Source: Laetmonice hystrix
Lineage: Eukaryota
Assembly: GCA_965235115.1 (NCBI GenBank)
Contig: OZ249436.1
Coordinates: 33,294,001-33,358,000, forward strand
Length of the DNA: 64,000 nucleotides
Reading direction: 5' to 3'
Below are positions 1 through 11,938 of the stretch, piece after piece. The notes below the pieces were generated by a model that was not told the origin of the DNA, searched no databases, and saw only the letters and a list, made by a program, of their open reading frames with translations. The translations under genes and the position numbers were made by a program. Every line of letters begins with the position of its first letter. Position 1 is the stretch's first letter.

Positions 1-363
1 CAACCTCCCAATCTGATATCACGACCAAATTCATGGCCCCGCCTCAAACCGGCGGCTGACGATCCGGTGTTATCTGTGGGTTTCCATAGTGATGGTTACC
101 GGGGGTAATGGCCGGTGCAATCTGCGAGGTGATCCGGGACCACCTCCAGGGTGGACGGCGTACCCCAGGAGGGTTGGTTATCAGGGCGCTCCCTCCAGTG
201 GGTGTCATCCACGTCCCCCGGCCCCGCTCCGCCCACCATGGCAGTACGGACTCATGGCAACGTGTGAAATTAGCGGCTGTCCGGTTGTCAGGGACAATCG
301 GAATCCGTCTTGGAAAGATCTACCGCAGTTGTCTGGGACTGAGAGTCAGGTTTGGTGCGGACG

Positions 364-400
364 TGGGGGTGGGGGTGGGGGTGGGTGGGGGTGGGGGTGG
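364..400 (+). repeat. (GGGGGT)n tract with G-quadruplex potential
   Basis: Directly visible; six G-runs. Confidence 0.9.
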
Positions 401-516
401 AGGACGAAGACGAGATCGAGCGCCTACTTTCTCCAGGCGATATCTCATCCCTTCATGATACAAATATCTATTAGCCCACTGTCTCTAAATTGCATGGTTT
501 TGCAATTGACTATGTA

Positions 517-542
517 AATGAATGAACGAGCGAATGAATGAA
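517..542. repeat. Degenerate (GAAT)n microsatellite
   Basis: aatgaatgaacgagcgaatgaatgaa; a similar tract lies at 49686-49707. Confidence 0.75.
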
Positions 543-1229
543 ATCCTAACTGTCATTCTTACACATTCTCATGTCATTCTTAGAAATGAACCCGGGCTGA
601 GCCACCAAGACATGGGCCCAGGAGAATACAAATGCTCACATCTAGTAGGTAATATAGTGAACCCAAACTGCATAGCCTCAATACACACATCTTAGCGTAG
701 GCACAGGGGCGTTGGTAAGGGCAATGTGATGTACGTATGTATGTGAAATGAGACATAAACTGGTACTATACATCAAAGATGAGTCACTATATTCCCTTTT
801 ATTCGATTGGCACTGACTTTGGGCGCGGGTTCCAGGACCAAGGGTACGTACTTCTCCAGGGTTTGAATGATTGGCAGATTTAATCAGAGATAAGAGTGGT
901 AACAAACGGGGTCTCCATAAATGGGCACGTGTCTGTGCCAGATAGGCATCTGTGGGTGATTCATGGGCCATCGACCCATCCTCCGTCACCGGCAAAAATT
1001 GCGACTCGTTCTGTTATCTCATGTCACGGACACAGGGCAATGAAACAATGCCATTGGAAGCAGGTCTTCACGTGGTGTCTGAGGCCGTCGTAAACTGGGC
1101 GACGATTTACCTTGGCCGTGTTCTCACAGTCCAGTACATTTTATACCGACATCATTATGATACTTCCGTCGATAGGACAAAACTTGACTGTGTAATTGAT
1201 GGGAAGGTCGCGAGGAATGGAGACAGTCA

Positions 1230-1385
1230 GTGACGGATGGGGACGCCTTGTGACGTACACGTTATGACGTATGGGGACGCGCTGTGACGCGCTGTGACGT
1301 ATGGCAACGGACTGTGGCGTATGACAACCGATTTATGGTGACGTAGTTGCGGATTTACCGTGTTGTGGCCGGTGTATCGAGCACA
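1230..1385. repeat. Degenerate TGACG-rich tandem repeat, related to 19380-19505
   Basis: Units resemble atggggacgcgctgtgacgt, with six TGACG in about 115 bp. Both loci end in tgtggccgg(t)gtatc. Confidence 0.55.
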
Positions 1386-2195
1386 AGGCCGACTTTTACT
1401 GGTACAGTAAACGTCCAATCTGACACACTCAAACGTCCACGCAGGATAAAGTGGGAGTGTGACAATTCTGAATTCTCTAGTGTTCTACGTTCTCTCCTAT
1501 CACGTGTCAAGTTTCTATAATAAATAACGCTACAAATGCTAAAAGAACGGACGTAGCATATTTCAATTATCTTTGTATCACACCTATATCATTACACCTA
1601 TATTAGCAGAGCAGAGAGAAAGGCCGAATTAAAATACACCTGACGACCCTGAAAATGAAGCAGTAGTCCCAATAGCTGACCCTAAGCCAGCACCACGGGA
1701 CGGGGCGTGGTTTCCAGCGCACCCAACGTTCCTCCAGAATGCCTCCGCTTCCCTGATGTGAAGATGATTTAGACCCTCATGTTATATATACACCGAATAT
1801 GACAACGGATATGAACCTCTTTTTTCGTCCAACCTGGTCGTCAATGTGGAGCCTGGCATTAATCCATCGTGTATTTCCAGGAAGTACCTACCCCTTGATA
1901 TTTTACCAAGAAAGCACCGTCATAATTCTGAACAAACTGCACTTCCTCACTCAGTACGTAATATATGTCAGAGTTCCGGGGAGATGGTACCAGGAAATTT
2001 ATAGCTGGGCCTGCACCGGTTATAAACTTAAGTACACAGGAATATTATGCTTGGCTAACGGAGAGCATCAACAGAAAGCAAAGTTCATGGTACATGATCA
2101 CCAAATACCAAATGCTGTCACTTGTTAACATTTTCTACCGTTTGCGTGTGCTACGTCATTTGAAAATAAATCCGAAGGAAGATTATTTAGCTCTG

Positions 2196-2349
2196 GGGCC
2201 GGTTTTACTAAAGAGTCGAAAATAACGACGTCGAAAATTTAACATAGAAGTGAATGGGTTGCTATAGGGCTAAAATAACCACCTAGCAACCATTCACTTC
2301 TATGTTAAATTTTCGACGTCGTTATTTTGACCGTTAGTAAAGCCGGCCC
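2196..2349. mobile_element. Non-autonomous MITE, PIF/Harbinger-like
   Basis: Arms 2196-2264 and 2284-2349 are inverted repeats with a perfect 39-bp core. Termini GGGCCGG...CCGGCCC are flanked by a CTG duplication (2193-2195, 2350-2352). 3-bp TSDs and GGG-starting TIRs are typical of Harbinger elements. Confidence 0.8.
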
Positions 2350-2561
2350 CTGTTCAATAGGAATATTTGTCAAACACCTTTATATAGTTGCTCTATCTAA
2401 CCTTGAAGCCTTCTGCCTTCCCTTCATTTCCTTATTTACTCCGGCTTACCATACCTAGTAACTCTAAAGGTGCGGCTTCTAGGGTAACGGGCAGATTATA
2501 TGGCCAGCCGAGGATATAGTATAAGTTTTTTTAAACGTTCCTAACATGGAATCATTCTCAC

Positions 2562-2677
2562 CTCATATGTTCCTGGTCCTGGCCCCTCTGTCTTCTTCTC
2601 CTTGAATCGTTTGTCCTTGGTGATCATAGTGTTACCCTTCTTGTCTCCTGCAAATCTAGGCTCGTATGTGCCCGGAC
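2562..2677 (-). CDS. STPG2: STPG2 internal exon, 116 bp, (G)PGTYEPRFAGDKKGNTMITKDKRFKEKKTEGPGPGTYE
   Basis: tatttcag acceptor, GTGAGA donor, phase 1-0, two PGPGTY repeats around KRF. Confidence 0.92.
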
Positions 2678-3504
2678 CTGAAATACATCAACATTCAGAG
2701 ATTCTTAACTATTTGCGCTTAATCGTCACCAAGCACTTTGATGAAACTACTTAGTCATTTGTCTGAGGACTTCTTGGCTGGGACTGCTTTAGCTATTGGT
2801 CAAAGACCATTTATACTCAGTCATGGAAAACCCTGTTGGGAAACCGTAAACCCTTTGTGAGCAGCGACAACAACACATCTAAAAACATGTATGTAACAGT
2901 GTTATCATCGACATACATGATGCCAGTATAAGCATGCCAATAACAGGCATGTTTCTTGTGGTGTCAACAGCTGGAAACGAACAACACTTTGTGTTAATAA
3001 CCCCTTGACCTCCTCTGGTCGGGCATACTTTTACGTCCCCCGTTCGGCCCCGTGCGATATGGTTCCAATCACATGCTAGGCACCATCTCTGCCTCCTTAC
3101 GTTTAGCGCCCCCGCTATCCACCATCTATCACAAGTGACTCTTGTTATCAGTTTAACCCCTTGACGGGCGATCTTCACGGCTGCCTTACCAGACCCGGCT
3201 GACGGTGTTTGAAGTGGACTGCTTGGCTATGGCAGCTATCTGGCCATGATATAATATCTCCTTGAGAGAAGCTTGATCCTGTCACACATCTGGGCTGCGC
3301 ACCATTTGCTGCCTACGCCCTAGATCATCCATCTCTTGTCTAATACGTGTATGTCAGAGGAGAAATATTTCTTTAATGACCAGTCAGAATCAAGGCGAGA
3401 GATCAGGGGGATTCCTAGACTACTGCCCGTGATAAGATGGAAGGCGGGGAGAGGGTGTAAAGAGGAGACACTAGCCTATCGTCCGACACAGACAGACCGA
3501 CTGC

Positions 3505-3519
3505 CATGCCCCCTGGTGG
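3505..3519 (-). promoter_or_regulatory. CTCF-like motif
   Basis: The minus strand reads CCACCAGGGGGCATG, a perfect core match to CCASYAGRKGGC. Confidence 0.45.
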
Positions 3520-5181
3520 CAAGGTGGGTGGTCGACTCCGAACTGTTCCTCCTCCCGTCGGCACACCTGTACAACTGACAACGACTCACTGAGACAGCTT
3601 CCCACAAAGTAAACGGGCCCTTTGAGGTCTCGGCCAAACAACGGTAATTCGACACTCTGTTGGGCAACAACAGTCTCTCTGAGTATGCATGAAGTCATGA
3701 CATAACCAACGCAGTTGTAGTCAAAAAGACTTGAGCCGTTTAAGCTGCTTAATGATTATACCATATTACATAGGCTCTCTGATCTCAAACAATGACAGTA
3801 GAAGACAGTGGCACTAATCACCGTTTGGTGTCTAATTACGTTCGCTCATCCGCCCCAATTAGAATGAGGTGTATGTGGTGGTTAGATACGCAATATCACT
3901 ATGCACTTAATAATCCCGCTTTAAATAGTTCTCACTTCTGTATAGGTCCAGGAAACTTTGGGACATTTATGACATTATGCATACGACTGGTAGTAAGAAA
4001 TCCATCATTGTTTACAGAGAAATTCTAGCTCAAGATACTCATATGATACTCATAAAGAAGAGCGAATTAAGTAGTCTGAGTGGAATTCAAAAGAAAAAGT
4101 CGACGTGAAACGGCATCAAAAAGCTCAAAGTGATGCATTTCCTTCCGTTTTACATTTCTGGCCCTTTTCATTCATCATGGTTGAGCACTGTGGTGTGTAG
4201 GGCATCAGATAACCGGGGATGAACTCGACGATCTGCCTAGAACTTGCCTGGTAATTACATAGCCTGCTTCTCCCCACTTCTCATTCCGAGAATCGCCAGC
4301 CCAGCAGGCAGTAACTTTTATTAGCTTGACAGATGCTTCACCTAAATCATTGCTTGTACAGCCATGATGCACTCAGTGCAAACATATTGGATCCGCTTTT
4401 GTCCTGTCTGCCGGGAATTTCTGGTTATTTTCGTGTTAATTTAACTTCCCTTATATTAATAATTTCATTGCTAAATTTGCTACGCTATTCTCAGTCTTAG
4501 CTCTGTTCATCGCTGTAATATACAGGTCATATTATGTAAAATGTACGTAACCATTTCCTCGATGCCTGGACACTTGAAAAGGTATCATATGCTCAGGTGA
4601 AATTACAGATACTTGTGATGAACAGTTGTCTGGAAACAGGAAAATCGGGGGGGGGGGGAGGGAGGGAGGGATGGCTCGAAGTCGAGAACTAGCGATCACA
4701 AGACAAGAACTACCGTCGAAACTGTGAACTCTCCATGTATATCGTCTCATAGATAACATTACTTGCATCCCACGAATTTCCCCGGTACTTTATTGTCCTT
4801 TCAGACAATACAATGAAATACCACCTGCTCGGTTAATGAAATTCAATATAACCTGGGAGCTTTGACAATAGAGCATCTCTCAGCATTCCATATGACACGT
4901 AACAAAAGAAGAGCTAAACGAAAAGCTCATTTTATGGCCATTGAAGAGTCGGGCTCTCTTCCATAGGAAATGAGATAAAGTTGACCCGTGATGGGGGTTT
5001 CCCCGCCACACTTATTATCTTGGACCTGACATACACACTACGCCGATGAATAGACGCCCTACAGCGGGATTATGACAGGCGGCTGCTACTGGCTATGGTC
5101 CTACCAACACTGGGATTACTGTGGGAAGATATGACCATGGACTTGCAAACAGAGACAGCGTGATGGAGACAGCAACTGACT

Positions 5182-5509
5182 GGGTGGTTGTCCTCTGTGG
5201 ACCTGCCAACGATGAGATCATGACGGGTGGTTGTCCTCTGTGGACCTGCAAACGATGAGATCATGACGGGTGGTTGTCCTCTGTGGACCTGCAAACGGTG
5301 GGATCATGACGGGTGGTTGTCCTCTGTGGACCTGCAAACGGTGAGATCATGACGGGTGGTTGTCCTCATTGGGGACCTGCAAACGATGAGATCATGACGG
5401 GTGGTTGTCCTCTGTGGACCTGCAAACGGTGGGATCATGACGGGTGGTTGTCCTCTGTGGACCTGCAAACGGTGAGATCATGACGGGTGGTTGTCCTCAT
5501 TGTGGACCT
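5182..5509. repeat. 43-bp minisatellite, about 7.5 copies
   Basis: Unit gggtggttgtcctctgtggacctgcaaacg(a/g)tg(a/g)gatcatgac starts at 5182, 5225, 5268, 5311, 5354, 5399, 5442 and 5485. Confidence 0.97.
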
Positions 5510-8500
5510 ATACAAACTTTAAGACTATGATGGCTGATTGACCATTCAGTGGAGTATTCCATGCAGGTGCTATTTATTTCAATATTGCAGCATATACCTG
5601 AAGCAGCTTACATTTAGGATGAGCAGTCTTCAAAAGTTCTTCTATGGCTCTGGTTTGCTCTAACCTGGATCATCATTTCCCTAAACTCAATTGAGATCCA
5701 GTGGCTTTAGTGCCTCTATATTCCGGTATGAAAAGCAGCCAACGCTCAGGTGCTCTGCTCCCTCTACCCTTTGTGACTTGTGACAGATACATTTGTGGTT
5801 TTTTTTTCTGTTGGTATTCCGTCTTTGGTGCCCTGACCAGAAGTGTAGAGATGGGAGGGAGGGGTCAAAGGGGTGGATAGAAGGCCAGTGAGTACGGGCC
5901 AGTGGACGGGTTCCTTCTACCTTGTCACCCCTCATCAAGATACGACATGATGAAGGCTCGCGGCAGAAGGTTCCCTCTTCTTTCATCGTCTTCTTGAAAG
6001 TACCCCGTCGGTTCACTGGGGTGTGCATGTCTACCATTAGTTCTTTCATCAGACCCGAGCGACAAAAACAGGTCAAAGCGCGGTAGTCGTGGGGCAAACG
6101 GGCCTACATCAAGACATATCAAAGTCAACGCACGCACGTACGTCGGAAAGCAACAAAGCACGGCCATCTCCCCGTCAATACCCCAAACCTCTATAGACCA
6201 TCATCACCGCAGCTCCCAGAGTAACATAAAAGATATTATTAAAACTTTGTATCATACTTTCAACCTCACCCTTTGTTCTTTTCAAGGTAGTCCTTTTGAC
6301 AGGGTCTGTTGGTACAGCGGTACACACATCAGTGCACCCCTCTTGGCTTGCCAGCATGCATTTGCAAGAGTACCAAGCTGGCCGATTTTCTGCCCGGGGA
6401 CACCGATTAGGCTGCTGCCAGCCTTCAAGACCTGTCATTTTAATTAATTCTGGCTTCAATCTGTTATGTAAGCACTCACAATAGGTGCGCCAGATGCTGA
6501 CCTAAAGACTGGAGACAGCTGAGGAGCTCATCCTGTGGGAACCAAAGTATTCTATGCCTACTGACCTATCACACAGATAAGGTTACTAGGCAGTCCTTAT
6601 CACTGCCAGCAGTCTACCTCCTACTTGATGCTTCACTTCAAACTTTTTACCCACTTGCTGCAGAAACCAGACAACTAGACTAGAAAAAGGAAGATTCGAA
6701 ATTGGACGCATAAACTGTCTAAACAGGTCATTTTTGATGAACTGCCATTAAAAAACACCCCCACCAATGCACTTTCTAAAAAGTTCAAGAACGGAAGATA
6801 TTATCATCTGGTATTCCTATACAGCATTTAAACGGTAAATTGATCTGTAACTCTGTTCAATAATTTGAAAGCAAAATTCGCATTCGATTTCCATTAAAAT
6901 GGAACGCAAGTCACGTAACACACTACACCCCTATGACTATCAAATTTGCATTAATATGCATTTTTATAGCGTTGAAAGCGGGGTAAGACCATTCAAACAA
7001 GTCTCTTAACCCAAGAACTATTTCCGACAAGTATTACAAACACAGTTAGCAGTGTGTATACGATGGGCATTGGACCCACCATTTTCATCCGATCCATGAC
7101 CTTTAGTGATGCTATAAGTATGACATATCACTGACACAAGTTATGATTCATGGATAAAAAGCTGCCACCCCTGGGGGTAAGGTCAGGTGAGATTGGTGCC
7201 CCTGCCCCCATCTCTCCACCCCACATCCCCCTACCCTAACCACCCCTTCTGCTACCCTTACCTCCACCCCGATGCAGGGTAATTACCCCATGAGTGATCT
7301 ACCCTGTGTTACCTTCTGTGAGTCGGAGATACGCTCTTGGCTCTGCCGGCCGCGGGATAATGTGGATAATCACCAACCTTCAGTAAAGTGCTGGCCGGGC
7401 CCTTGCTTTGTGTCCGCCCGACCAGGTCATCGTAAGGCTGACCCATCGGTAATTGTCAATTATGATAATTAACAGACTTTGTCCTGTGACGGACATTGAC
7501 AATAATGACACCTTTCTAAGTTTACCGCCCGGTTACACTGCCCCTTGTCCGCTATTTGTATACAGATCAGGTCTACCAGGGGTTTTTACTTTGACCTTTT
7601 TGTTATTTGATCGTGTTGCTGTCAACTTTCTAGGATGTGGGCGGTTTTTTTTTTTTGAGGGGGGGCCGCCAGGAAATGTACACAAATTTGTTTCCAAGTC
7701 ATTAACCAATTGATTTGGGGGCATTTCCTTTGCCCCCAGCATCAATTCTGTCATTAGTCGTTATATTATACCCTGCCTACCTTTTTTTGCCTAATATTTT
7801 TTTTGTAAACAACTGATCGTTCCTTTGTCTTTTTAATATTTCAATTATCTGCTCTAAAAGAGTGTAAATATCGAGCGTTTTATCCAAATGTAAAGAGAAT
7901 AGTTCACCTTAAAAAAAGAGAAAGAGAAGTCACTGTTCTAGTCGAATGCTCATTTACCCCATGGTTAAACGTTATCTCTGAGAAACATATACCCAGCCTG
8001 ACGATGTGTGTCTGTGAAATGACGGTCTCAAGTACGCCCAAAGCTATGAGTGCACTGAGAAACTCCAGCTCTGTAACTGAATACCGAGCTGACGATGTGT
8101 AAACCTTTGTATTTTTAGAGCTCTATCAAACTTCCAAATGTTCCTCAATGTCCCAGACATGGGTAGCCCCCTGAAAGCACGGAGGACGCTTACACGATGA
8201 TGAAATAATGATCAGTTGGATTTTTTTTTTTTCATGAATTCGAGCATTTTTCAGTTGCGAAATTCTGATATTCTAAAATCATAACGGTTCGTGTATGAAT
8301 TGTGAGGAGGGGGGGGGGGGGCGATTTTTTCTGTTTCTAATTTCACAATTTCGCTCCAACAGAAACATCTTAATTAGATCAATAAATGACACTTGATTTA
8401 TCGATCACAATTAAATAAATAGCCGTTTCTAAAGGCCGCCTGAGCCGTCCGATAAGAAAGGGCACGCCGAGGGTCTTCCTCAACTTTCAATGTCGGGTTG

Positions 8501-9241
8501 ATGAAGTTGTTGAGTGTGACGATGATAAGCACCATCTTTGCCTGCCACCATCACGACCTGTTGCCCACACCTGACAGATGTCACAGACCCCGGTCACAGA
8601 CATGACGGGCGTGGCCCGCATCACCATCACCCACCAAACCATATCGTTTTACTCCCCCACTTTGTTTGATTTTCATATTCAACCGAATTTCCTTCCTGTC
8701 ATGCTGGGCAAAGGGGTTGGGTCAAAGCAATAATTCCAAATTAGCCGGCGTTTAGTGCTAGTGAATTGTTTTGTGAAATATCTCAATGCCACTGGATGTG
8801 ACGTTTGAAAACAATGGGATGAGGAGCGGGTCTGTGGTCCATCCGTGCTAGATTGTCCAGGGATGGCAGTCCTTGTATAATAGGTCACAGTGCCCGGCCC
8901 GACTCGCCCACAGATTAACTACACACTAATCCTATAGTACAGTGCCGGATGATTAACAGTGTCAGGATGATCGGGAGGGACAATATCAAAATGGTTTTAA
9001 AGAGCAGCCTTATCTGTCGTAAAGATTCACAGCCAGGCATGCATGTACATCCTGAAATCTACTTCCCGCAAATTCAATAGACTACAAAAACTTTGCGGAA
9101 TAACGAATTAACTTAATAATGTACTAAGAAAATTGATTTGTCATTTGTTTGAATGAAAATAACGATAAAGAAAAAGCTGTTGAAAAATGTTATAAGTTCG
9201 ATCCGAGATATGTGAATGGTATGTAATATACATGTACTATA

Positions 9242-9605
9242 GGGTGTGCATAAAAAAAAAACTTGCCGAACTTTGACGTTAAATATTTCAAAAACCCTAC
9301 GTCACAAGCTTCGGAGAAGCATACAGAGCTATACGAGTAAACACCTTGATATTCTGAACATTTGTTGAAATTTTCAAGTTGATATGTCCATTTGACCACC
9401 TGTTCAAGTATAATCAGGCAGAACGTTATTACAACTTAAGTCTGGAACAGCAATTTTTGAGACACAATTTTAATTTCAGGCAAGGACTACTTGAGAATTT
9501 CAGCCTATTATAGGACATCGAGGTGTTTACTCTTGTAAATTTTGTAACTTGTAAGTTTTTTGAAATATATAACGTCACAGTCCGAAGTTTTTTTTATGCC
9601 CACCC
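9242..9605. mobile_element. Old diverged foldback/MITE-like element
   Basis: The left end gggtgtgcataaaaaaaaaacttgccgaactttgacgttaaatatttcaaaaa matches the reverse complement of the right end. An inner inverted block gagtaaacacc (9335-9345) pairs with ggtgtttactc (9522-9532). No TSD is recognisable. Confidence 0.6.
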
Positions 9606-11915
9606 GATATAAGGAGGAAGTGTTAAATTCTTTAATAGATACCCCGATACCATACTTGTAACATACTTCAGCCAGGACTAACACGACACTAGTATAGTTC
9701 GGAAAATACATTCTAAAAATCATTGGTGTATCGATGGCAAAAATATATGTAGAGATAGCAAATACCTTTTACTTAACTCGAATAACACACGTTACAACTA
9801 CAAGGTGAGGTATTCCGTTTACACTGACTCTAAATGACAGCAAAATGGAGTTTGTTACCCCACCCCCACCTGTCAAAGTGCTTGAGATGTCAACGGAATT
9901 ATGTCTGAGCAGCTGCATCTAGTAGGAGATTCTGAACAATGTGGATAAATGGATATCACGAAACTGATAATTTTACAAACGTTACAAAACTCCTTATCTT
10001 CATGTCAAGGGTCTACTCCTACGTTTCCATTACACGTAGGTATCAGACGCTGCCGATAACAGGTAAGTAATTAGATGATAATGATGATAATAGATCAGCC
10101 AACACTCACCTGCCGATTCCACCGAGATACATATATATCTATCTCTGTCTGTTGCCAACCGTGGCCAACTGTGGCACATCATAAATTATCCACGCATCAG
10201 GCCTAAATTTCATGTTTCCTTTTATGGAGATATCTATATCAAGTTCATCTTTTCAAGTTTATTATCATACCAGGTGTACCCATCACAAATACAATTACGA
10301 AATGGTGCTTCCACCTAACAATGTGCTCGAATGTTGTTATTTGTGTGGCCATTAAGTTTTTTTCCCCTGCATCATATAACCGTGTTAATTTGAAAGTACA
10401 AGTCATAATGTATTCATAAAACATTCAGACTTCCAAGTTTTTTTTGTTTTTTTTTCTTGTTAATTTCCAATAATTTCTGGGGTACATGCATGTTTCTGCC
10501 GTGTGATCAACTGGCATGCATCTGTCCTCTAAATACATGTACCATTTTGTCGGTCTTGGGCCCTGTCTCCTGACAGTATTTTTACATCAATACACCCTTC
10601 TACTGCCAACACCCGTCATATGAACCTAATTACTACAATTTAAAACCCATAGGTAATGAAGTTGTTTTAGATTAGCAAGTGAATAAATACAAGCCTATTT
10701 AGCCTGCATGAATAACGAATCCTTCGACAACAATTTTAGCGATCGTGCCCTATGCATTGAAAATGCCCTCTTGAATGTTGACCTCGAATTAAGGACCGTT
10801 TGGAGTTCGGCCTTGACTATTTTCATAGTTTGTTCCTGGCCCAACCCTTTTATTGACATTCATTTACATGGCGGAGACTATTGGGCACTGCTACGGTCGT
10901 GGTTAACTTGATGGATCGAGGTATAATGGGAATTGCATTTGACGACATTTCATTTCGACCCAAACTGAAGTGGTGTGGTCGACCCATGTTGCGGTGCTCA
11001 TACATGCAGGTCATTCATGTTTATAGACTCCAGCGAGCTTATCCGTCACATTTACATTGCCATTATGATGCATTTAGACCAGACAGATAAGGTAAACTTA
11101 CATTTATATGCATTAATGTTCAAACTGTTATACACATGACCATTGAGCATGGTCCGTACGGTTATTCATCCCAATGGAGCAAGCGTCGTATAGATTGCAT
11201 ATTTTTATACTTTCATGATGTTTTCAAAATTCCATATCTCCACCATCTCCGACACGGCAACATTTACAGCGTTTGCCCATTAGAATCTTGACGTGACTGG
11301 ATGAAAAACTCTCGTCCCTTTTAAATTTTATTGTGCCCACCTCCTATTTATATAAGAGCAGACGAACGACGTCGTATCAACTGGCGGGAGACAGCTTAAG
11401 CTTCGTCTGCCGCTGGTGTGGGAGTCCGATAAGATCGGGTCCCATAGACTCAGGTGGACCGACGGCCCTCACCTATTATATCCCCTCTGGCACACTATAC
11501 ACCCACTGTAATCTCAAACACCATTTGTGGCCTGGATACACCTATAGGTACCGATCGGTCCATCAGCAGAACAATCCAAACCAGCCACTATCCGGAATGA
11601 CCGCTACATTATGACGTATACAGATTCAGGGCGCGATCCTGAAATCCCTTTATGGCTACCAGTCCCTATACACATGGCTAAGCCTTCCCATAACCTCCCA
11701 GTCTACCTATGCAAACGACAATCAGATAACCTCTCCGATGAACCTTTTCACCTGTCAACATTCTCTGAGGGGGAAATTTTATAGACCCTGTCTAAAAGTT
11801 TTACCAGACTTATCTTGAGTTTCAAATCTTAAGACAGTCCATTATGGGTTTGAAGTCCCCGAGCTCGGGTCATTAAAACCGAACTTATCAACACTACTTC
11901 ATGTTATCCGCCATC

Positions 11916-11938
11916 TTACTGGCCACCCCTTTCAAATA
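11916..11938. repeat. Short dispersed-repeat relic shared with 19061-19081
   Basis: ttactggccacc(cc)tttcaaata: 21 matching nt with one 2-nt gap. Confidence 0.4.

Noticed and set aside
1-2561. Search for the terminal STPG2 exon
   Set aside because: No convincing phase-0 acceptor with STPG2-like coding sequence was seen; it is presumed to lie beyond the window edge.
5182-5509. Regular repeats superficially resembling a CRISPR array
   Set aside because: Units are head-to-tail with no unique spacers, there are no cas genes, and the context is a eukaryotic intron.
5687-6459. Overlapping ORFs in a homopolymer-poor block, possible transposon relic
   Set aside because: No RT, endonuclease, integrase or transposase motif was found in the frames read.
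10050-10115. Two strong donor motifs in opposite orientations (plus cagGTAAGT, minus cagGTGAGT)
   Set aside because: No associated acceptor, polypyrimidine tract or ORF; such motifs are common by chance.
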